A stretch of 64,000 bases of DNA from Candidatus Sungiibacteriota bacterium (GTDB lineage: Bacteria; Patescibacteriota; Minisyncoccia; Sungbacterales; JACQCQ01), in assembly GCA_016201505.1 (NCBI GenBank), contig JACQCQ010000013.1:5285-69284 (forward strand). The letters run 5' to 3'. The position numbers and the translations under genes were made by a program. Every line of letters starts with the position of its first letter. Within the stretch, counting starts at the first letter, position 1. Shown here in pieces: positions 58,378-64,000 of this stretch. The notes beneath the pieces are model-generated. The model was not told the origin of the DNA, did not search any database, and saw only the letters and a list, made by a program, of their open reading frames with translations.

Positions 58378-58698
58378 TTAACTAGATTTTTCCGCTCTTT
58401 CGATCAATTGGGCTTTCACTTTTGCGATCTCTCGGACGAGAAGGTCAGAAAAGGAAATTCCCCGCTGTTCGAGCCAGCCCATAGCTTCGACCTCATTTTG
58501 GTTAAGCACCCGGTCAAACTCGCTCCGCTCTGCTTTTGATAATTTTTCGCCGATATAGACCATGAGCCGCGCCTCAACGAGATCCGCCATCGATTCGAGC
58601 AATGCCTCTTTTTTTTCAAGCGACAGAGATTCGAGCCCGAGCTCTTCGATAATATTTCCCTGAAGCGCCTGACGAAGAGTTTTTTGATCAATGGTCAT
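58378..58698 (-). CDS. Small helical protein (DUF5663-like)
   Basis: LGLESLS.EKKE.LL......VE.R......KLS.....EF. Confidence 0.65.
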   Translation of the reverse strand: MTIDQKTLRQALQGNIIEELGLESLSLEKKEALLESMADLVEARLMVYIGEKLSKAERSEFDRVLNQNEVEAMGWLEQRGISFSDLLVREIAKVKAQLIERAEKSS

Positions 58699-61600
58699 AT
58701 CCCAGGAGAAAGTTTAGAAAAATAATGTTTCATAAAATCATTGACAGAAAATTGTCCCGCCGTTTTTCGCTCATCGGCGTCGAGAGACTCAATGGTTTTC
58801 GCAATCAGATTCCGCAGTTTAACGTAGCGCATGGTATCGGCATGATTGGGCCGCACCCCCTCCGGCCAGGGCCATTGCTCGACTTCCTTCAATGGAATAA
58901 ATCTCTTTTTTAAGATATCTTCGACCTTCATACCCTTCACCAGCCGATAGTATCGTTCCGGCATATGGGCCGTCTCGAGCGCCCATTGATCTGCCATTTG
59001 ATGCGCAACTTCTACCGGAGAACCAATCACATTATGCGGTAGGGCTGTCTCGACGATCACTTGACTGTCGGCATTTACGTGAACTGCCTCCGAGATCTCG
59101 CCGAGCACAGACCGATCCGATATCTCCCCTATCGCCCCATTCCGCAATACTTTATCAAAATCGAGACCCTCGCGAAAACTGGCGACAGGAATTTTCGCGC
59201 GAACGCGAACCCCGCTGTCCAATTCCCAGGCGCCATGGCCATTTTGCACGGCATATCGATCCCAGTTTACGTTTTTCGAACCGGCGTAATCTTTCAAATT
59301 TTCAGAAAGTCCCGCAATTTTTTCGGGCGTATTGAATCGTCCTTTCATTTTAGAAAGCACGTCTTCAATTGTCTGATTCTTAAATTCAATCGTATCGCCG
59401 GGATGATAGACGCTTTGGGCTTTGCCCTCACTGACTAACTCTTTGGCTGTTTCTTCCCAAAGTTTTGTCTCGGCATAGACTTTTTCCGCGGGTGAGAGCG
59501 AATCAAAATCCTTATGCGAATCAAAATAGAGCGCCAGCGCCTTTCGTGCTTCATGGATTGGCCCTTCGCCGGATTTTACCGGAATAGAAATCGAGTCTTT
59601 GGCGGACTCAATTGTGCCGCCGGGGACATTTTTCGCCAGCGCAGGTTCTTTGACTGATGCGGCATTGGGATAGTCAAATGGTTCTTGAGGCGTACCAGCG
59701 AGAGACTCTCTAATAAGATTCGGCTCATCTGAAGCGAGCGGATAGTCTGGATAAAATTCACCGCTCGTTTTGGGTGCTACTGGTATAGGGATTGACGCCT
59801 CTTTGAAGCCGAAAAAAACTTTTATGCCAGCCCAGCCGGCCTTCATCTTCGAATCTAAGTCATAGATATGCTTTTCAAAAATAAGATGGCGCAGGGCCGC
59901 GAGCCCGACAAATGTTCCGGCACCCACACCTGCCGCCATGCCGATGCGTTTTAGTCTCTCTCGATTTTCTTCTTTTGCTTTGGCCTCTTTGGTGAGATGG
60001 CCCTCACGAGTCAAGGATCCTGCGGCTTCATGAAAATTTCCTTGAAAGCCCATGGCAATCGCAATCATTTGCTCGCGTTTTTCTTTCAATCTCTGAAAAG
60101 TCGGATCAATCCCCTCCCAGGAATTCGACATGCGAGCCAGAACCGCAAGATGCGTCATGCGCTCTTCCAGTTCCGGATAATTTAAATTCTCCAGCGTTTC
60201 ACCGCTTAGTTCAGTCAGTTTTTTCCCGCGTCTGCCTTCAAGCCAGCGATAGGTGCCGAACGCGGCGCCAATCGAACCAAGAGCTCGCCGCGCTCCCATA
60301 AAAGCCGTACCCAGAACCGGTGTAAGCGTCGTGGCGCCTAATCCGACGAGAGATCCAAGAATAATATTCCGCAGACTTTTTTTAACAAACCCTTCACGTT
60401 TCAAACCGAAATACGTTCCGATGGTCGATTCCCTAAACCGATCCCAAGTTTTTCCCCACGCTGAAACAAAGTCCGGCCCGACGGATTCGGTTCGGGCTTT
60501 CATCAGTGCGATCTCCTCTGCGGCAAATTTTAACGCATCATTACCCGCCCATTCTGCACGGAGTGTATTGTAACTAGTGAGCAGCTTCTCGTAATCCGCC
60601 GTGACGTGCGCTCGCGCCGCATCGATCGGACCGATATCCAAATATTTTTCATGCTCTTTCAAAGCTTCGCGCGCCGCATCTAATTTTTCTTTAAGGGCCG
60701 TCTCTTTTCCGGGACCCAGCATCTCGGCCGTAGGCGCCGCTTCCGACGCGCCGCCGTAGGTTTCAGCCAAGCGTTCGCCATAAAGCTTATCCATCGCCTT
60801 GGCTCGCTCTTTGGCCTCTGTCTCAGCTAAATCTTCAAGTGACTTGGCCTGTTCGGCCACATCGGGCGGCCTGCCTTTCGGCGCTTTTTCCGCCAGCTCT
60901 GTTTCGAATTCTTTAATCTTCCGAGCTTCATCTTCGGGCCCGGTTTTTTCCAGAATGGCTTTGGCCTGATCTTCTAAAAATGCTTCTAAATCGGCCTCCG
61001 CGGTACTTCGCGTTCCGGCCGATACCGGCTCGTCCCTTCTCGCCGTTCGAGCTCGTTCTGCCTCAACCTCTCTCGCAATCAAAGTTGCAGAGTTAGCCGG
61101 ATGATCTTCCAGAAATTGCGGGCGCAGACCAGCTATGGTTTCCCGTGTTCTGTCCCGCCGCTCGTCTTTTGCCTGCTTGCGACGTTCAGCTTTTAAAGAA
61201 CGTTCGGTTTCGCCTGTCGGTTCCTTTCCAGCCTCTCTAGTTGCCGTAGGCTTTTCCGCTTCTTCTGCGAGCGATCCCCAGTAGGCATTCATTGATTGGT
61301 CGGAAATGCCGGCTTCCCGTAGTAGATCGTCTTCAAAAGCTTTAACTTCGCCAGATGATTTTAAATTCATTCGTTCGGTTATTTCTCGAATTTGAAGCGC
61401 CGCGGGAGACCGTAAAATGCGGCGCACGTCATCAGCGCTCATCTCGCCCCCGCGTTTGCCGGCGTTTACCCGTGCTTCTTGGAGAGCCACCATTAAACTA
61501 GTACGCAACTGCGGCAGTACGCCGCCCTGCCGAACTATAGCTTCTAGAGCCCGGCCAAGGAGCTTCTGGTCTTCGGGAGGTAATTGGTCATAAAATGCTG

Positions 61601-62579
61601 TTGCTTTTTGACGAGTAATTTCTACTTGTTCTGGCGTCTTTTTATCTTCGACGGACTTTTCGGGAAGTATTCCACTTTGTCTTTCGACTTCGCGAGCACG
61701 AGCTTCAAGCAAGCCATTTATGGCTGACTCCGGAACTCCGAGTTTTTTTAGTATCTCAATTTCTGTAGCCTGAATCACTCCAGAAGATTTTTTTGCTAAT
61801 TTCTCGCCAACCTCTCGAATGTCACGCGACCAACGAGACCGCGTAATCATTCGCAAGTCTTTGGCATCTAACTGGCTTATTTCTTTGCCTTGATTTTTAA
61901 GATTCTTATGAAGTGCACTTGCCAGAGCACCTCCGAGTTGTTCGCTCAAGGTTTTTCCCCTATCGGCAAGCCGTAAAATCGGACCTATCCGATTTTGATC
62001 CTCCGGCGAAAGGCTTTCAAAATAATCACTTGCCTGCTCGGCAGTATAATCTAATGGTCCCCTGGCTTTTTCAGCTGCTTCACGAGCCTCTTTTCTTACC
62101 TTCGCTTCTTCTCGCCTGCGATCTTTTTCTGCGTCTTCTTTTTGAACTTGTTCCGCTAATTTTTTTGTTCGTTCTTTCCCCGATAATTCCTTGCCCCAAT
62201 CGGGGGCTTGGGGTTCATCATCTTTTTTGGTGGTGTCATCGACTGTCGGTTTTTTTACTTTCTGTCTTTTTTCTTTCGCGCGCTTCTTTTTTTCCGCCGC
62301 TTCGGCTTTCTTCCGGTCAAATGCTGTATTTTCTGCTTTCGCGTCGTCAATCAAAGTTGACTCGGCGCCCACCAGATTCCAGTCGCCAAGCCCTGCTTCA
62401 GGTTTAGCTTTAATCTTGCCTTTATGCTTCCTGATCTCGGCATTCCGGGATCGAGAAAGTTCCTCCTCGGTCGGGAGAGTCATTTCTGCCATTTTGCGCT
62501 TTAATTTGGCTAATTCACTTGGCGGCAAACCTCCAGGCAATTGCTCTTTGCCCGGCTCGCCATTTTTTTGTTCAGCCAC
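58695..62579 (-). CDS. Very large charged/coiled-coil membrane protein with a possible C-terminal LysM-like domain
   Basis: ~700-aa Glu/Lys/Arg-rich N-terminus; Gly/Ala-rich TM segments at aa ~740-780 and ~880-900; VKSGEG.I..A....VYHPGD.I. Confidence 0.75.
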   Translation of the reverse strand: MAEQKNGEPGKEQLPGGLPPSELAKLKRKMAEMTLPTEEELSRSRNAEIRKHKGKIKAKPEAGLGDWNLVGAESTLIDDAKAENTAFDRKKAEAAEKKKRAKEKRQKVKKPTVDDTTKKDDEPQAPDWGKELSGKERTKKLAEQVQKEDAEKDRRREEAKVRKEAREAAEKARGPLDYTAEQASDYFESLSPEDQNRIGPILRLADRGKTLSEQLGGALASALHKNLKNQGKEISQLDAKDLRMITRSRWSRDIREVGEKLAKKSSGVIQATEIEILKKLGVPESAINGLLEARAREVERQSGILPEKSVEDKKTPEQVEITRQKATAFYDQLPPEDQKLLGRALEAIVRQGGVLPQLRTSLMVALQEARVNAGKRGGEMSADDVRRILRSPAALQIREITERMNLKSSGEVKAFEDDLLREAGISDQSMNAYWGSLAEEAEKPTATREAGKEPTGETERSLKAERRKQAKDERRDRTRETIAGLRPQFLEDHPANSATLIAREVEAERARTARRDEPVSAGTRSTAEADLEAFLEDQAKAILEKTGPEDEARKIKEFETELAEKAPKGRPPDVAEQAKSLEDLAETEAKERAKAMDKLYGERLAETYGGASEAAPTAEMLGPGKETALKEKLDAAREALKEHEKYLDIGPIDAARAHVTADYEKLLTSYNTLRAEWAGNDALKFAAEEIALMKARTESVGPDFVSAWGKTWDRFRESTIGTYFGLKREGFVKKSLRNIILGSLVGLGATTLTPVLGTAFMGARRALGSIGAAFGTYRWLEGRRGKKLTELSGETLENLNYPELEERMTHLAVLARMSNSWEGIDPTFQRLKEKREQMIAIAMGFQGNFHEAAGSLTREGHLTKEAKAKEENRERLKRIGMAAGVGAGTFVGLAALRHLIFEKHIYDLDSKMKAGWAGIKVFFGFKEASIPIPVAPKTSGEFYPDYPLASDEPNLIRESLAGTPQEPFDYPNAASVKEPALAKNVPGGTIESAKDSISIPVKSGEGPIHEARKALALYFDSHKDFDSLSPAEKVYAETKLWEETAKELVSEGKAQSVYHPGDTIEFKNQTIEDVLSKMKGRFNTPEKIAGLSENLKDYAGSKNVNWDRYAVQNGHGAWELDSGVRVRAKIPVASFREGLDFDKVLRNGAIGEISDRSVLGEISEAVHVNADSQVIVETALPHNVIGSPVEVAHQMADQWALETAHMPERYYRLVKGMKVEDILKKRFIPLKEVEQWPWPEGVRPNHADTMRYVKLRNLIAKTIESLDADERKTAGQFSVNDFMKHYFSKLSPGI

Positions 62580-62642
62580 AGGTTCATGATACTAAAACTA
62601 GCCGATAGGTAACAGTAAACGAGTCCCCCAGATAATAAAACC

Positions 62643-62678
62643 CCAGCCAGGATTTCGGGCCTCCGAAATCCTGGCTGG
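62643..62678 (-). terminator. GC hairpin downstream of the 62703 ORF
   Basis: ccagccaggatttcgg...ccgaaatcctggctgg. Confidence 0.6.
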
Positions 62679-62702
62679 TGATGTGCGTGCCGACAGCGGG
62701 TC

Positions 62703-63257
62703 CTAGACGAGCGAGGCCTCGCGCCGCGGACGCAGGTTATTGTTGAGAGCCCAAGCTCGCGCCTCGGTGACACGAGCCCGGCTGATGGCGCCTGCGGCAG
62801 ACTTCCGGAAGACCCGCTCTCGGATGACAAGGAAGTACTCGGCATCGATCCGGACCGGCATCTTCCGCCCGTCGGAAAAGGTCCAGACCGTGAACGACCG
62901 CTCGGTGTTGAATTCCGAACCGAAACGGTGGCCTCGGGCAAAGTTAGCCGGCAGCCAGTCGTCCCAGTTCGGCTTGGTCTTGACGAACGGCGAGGGGGGC
63001 GGGCAGACGAATTGACGTACTGCTCCCCTCCAGACAAAACCGAACGTCCGAGCGAGCGCCGGATTGGCTTCGCGGCTGGCGGCGAGCGCTTGCTCGACTT
63101 CCGCCAGCATCTGACTTACTGGGATTTTCTCGATCACCGCGAGTAACCGATCCCCCGCCATTAGGCCAGCCTTCAGCTCTTCAGCAGTGATTCCCTCGCA
63201 TTGAGCGTAACCGTCATTCTCGACCAGCGACCCAAATTTCCTTAAGAAGGTAGTCAA
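62703..63257 (-). CDS. Hypothetical protein (GC-rich orphan)
   Basis: TTGACT-17-TATTAA promoter at ~63310-63338 falls inside the long ORF, so TTG 63257 with a GGAG SD is the likelier start. Confidence 0.5.
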   Translation of the reverse strand: MTTFLRKFGSLVENDGYAQCEGITAEELKAGLMAGDRLLAVIEKIPVSQMLAEVEQALAASREANPALARTFGFVWRGAVRQFVCPPPSPFVKTKPNWDDWLPANFARGHRFGSEFNTERSFTVWTFSDGRKMPVRIDAEYFLVIRERVFRKSAAGAISRARVTEARAWALNNNLRPRREASLV

Positions 63258-63400
63258 CTCTGGCTTCTCCAGTCTGGAGTTACGATCTCCAACTGCATTG
63301 GTTATACCTTTAATACTGCAAAAAGGCTTTTGAGTCAATCTAGAAATAGAAGAGGCCGGGAGAGGAACGTACATCGCTCTCTCAACCGGCCTCGGTGCCG

Positions 63401-63562
63401 CTAGCGGCGAGGAACGCGGACCAGCGCATCGCAGCCCGTTTGGGCCTTGCCGCAGTGGCCCTGGTCATCGCACCGCTTGCACGGGCAGTCGCAGACCCGA
63501 CTGGGTAGCTTCGTCGCGTCGCGGCTACCAAACGTCATGGCGTTAATCTCTTTCTTCGCCAT
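63401..63562 (-). CDS. 53-aa Cys-rich micro-protein (not in the ORF track)
   Basis: MAKKEINAMTFGSRDATKLPSRVCDCPCKRCDDQGHCGKAQTGCDALVRVPRR*; GGGAG SD; hairpin terminator at ~63352-63393. Confidence 0.55.
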   Translation of the reverse strand: MAKKEINAMTFGSRDATKLPSRVCDCPCKRCDDQGHCGKAQTGCDALVRVPRR

Positions 63563-63585
63563 CTCATCTCCTTCTCATCTCCTTA

Positions 63586-63738
63586 TTATCGGATTGGCGT
63601 TCCTTCGACACACCAGCAGGAATCTTGCGATACCCCGCAGTGCGTCGGACTCCGGTCGCAGTGAAGGCAGCGGCAGATTGGAAACTCCGAGTCTGCCTCG
63701 GCCACGTATGACTCCGTGTCTTTGATGTCATCCCCCAC
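63586..63738 (-). CDS. 50-aa Cys-rich micro-protein
   Basis: GTG start after GGAGG; ...ICRCLHCDRSPTHCGVSQDSCWC...; TTGACT/TAAAAT promoter upstream. Confidence 0.55.
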   Translation of the reverse strand: MGDDIKDTESYVAEADSEFPICRCLHCDRSPTHCGVSQDSCWCVEGTPIR

Positions 63739-64000
63739 GGTATTCCTCCACGTGTAAATTTCTAGCAGCATTTTATCACAAAATAAAATAAAGTCAAGCA
63801 TACCTGATAATGGTTGAGTAGCTTCGCAATGGTCTACCCGAATGTAACTCCCCCCATGCCTACCGATATCTCCCTATAGTACAATATAGGTAGTACGGAC
63901 TGACGAGCTGGCGAACGTTAAAAAAATATCCGATTATTGGGTATTCTCAATCAGGCAGGCAGTTGTGCACACGGTCGTGGGTCATCTGGTCTATACTGGA

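Noticed and set aside
62510-63146. Alternative-frame ORFs 62510-63037, 62740-63015 and 62928-63146
   Set aside because: Shadow frames of a GC-rich gene, low complexity and without their own SD or promoter.

Overview
Bacterial chromosomal window (genetic code 11). Gene content and style point, by inference, to a Patescibacteria/CPR (Parcubacteria-like) genome: HTH-fused MurA, degenerate PriA, Lys-rich RpoD N-terminus, a VirD4/HerA-like ATPase operon and short palindromic repeats. Housekeeping blocks (murC-murA, priA-def-fmt, rpoD-dnaG, htpX, nfo, dnaX; tRNA-Asn, -Ser, -Gln) alternate with stand-alone orphan genes. The centrepiece is a ~14.8 kb island (17855-32650) at the 3' end of tRNA-Asn(GTT). 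It consists of two tandem large-serine-recombinase (LSR) elements whose crossover core (GCTCC) lies inside the 3' end of each recombinase ORF. Element 1 carries a CapRel-like toxSAS, a DUF262-HNH nuclease, an EcoRI-family MTase and an XRE regulator. It also contains a complete, inverted internal copy of its own predicted circle junction (22008-22332), so both its cargo and its recombinase gene sit between long inverted repeats. Element 2 carries an RM.S-type restriction system, an STAS/HATPase pair, an excisionase, a Rep-like gene and a structured RNA leader ahead of its recombinase. Other oddities are a GIY-YIG gene bracketed by a duplicated tRNA 5' end, an HTH gene embedded among long perfect palindromes, alternative htpX 3' ends, MITE-like CCCGTTAGA elements supplying start/stop codons, an 8-bp duplication frameshift, a tRNA-Ser half gene and a pair of related Cys-rich micro-ORFs. 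All family calls come from motif recognition; no database search was run.
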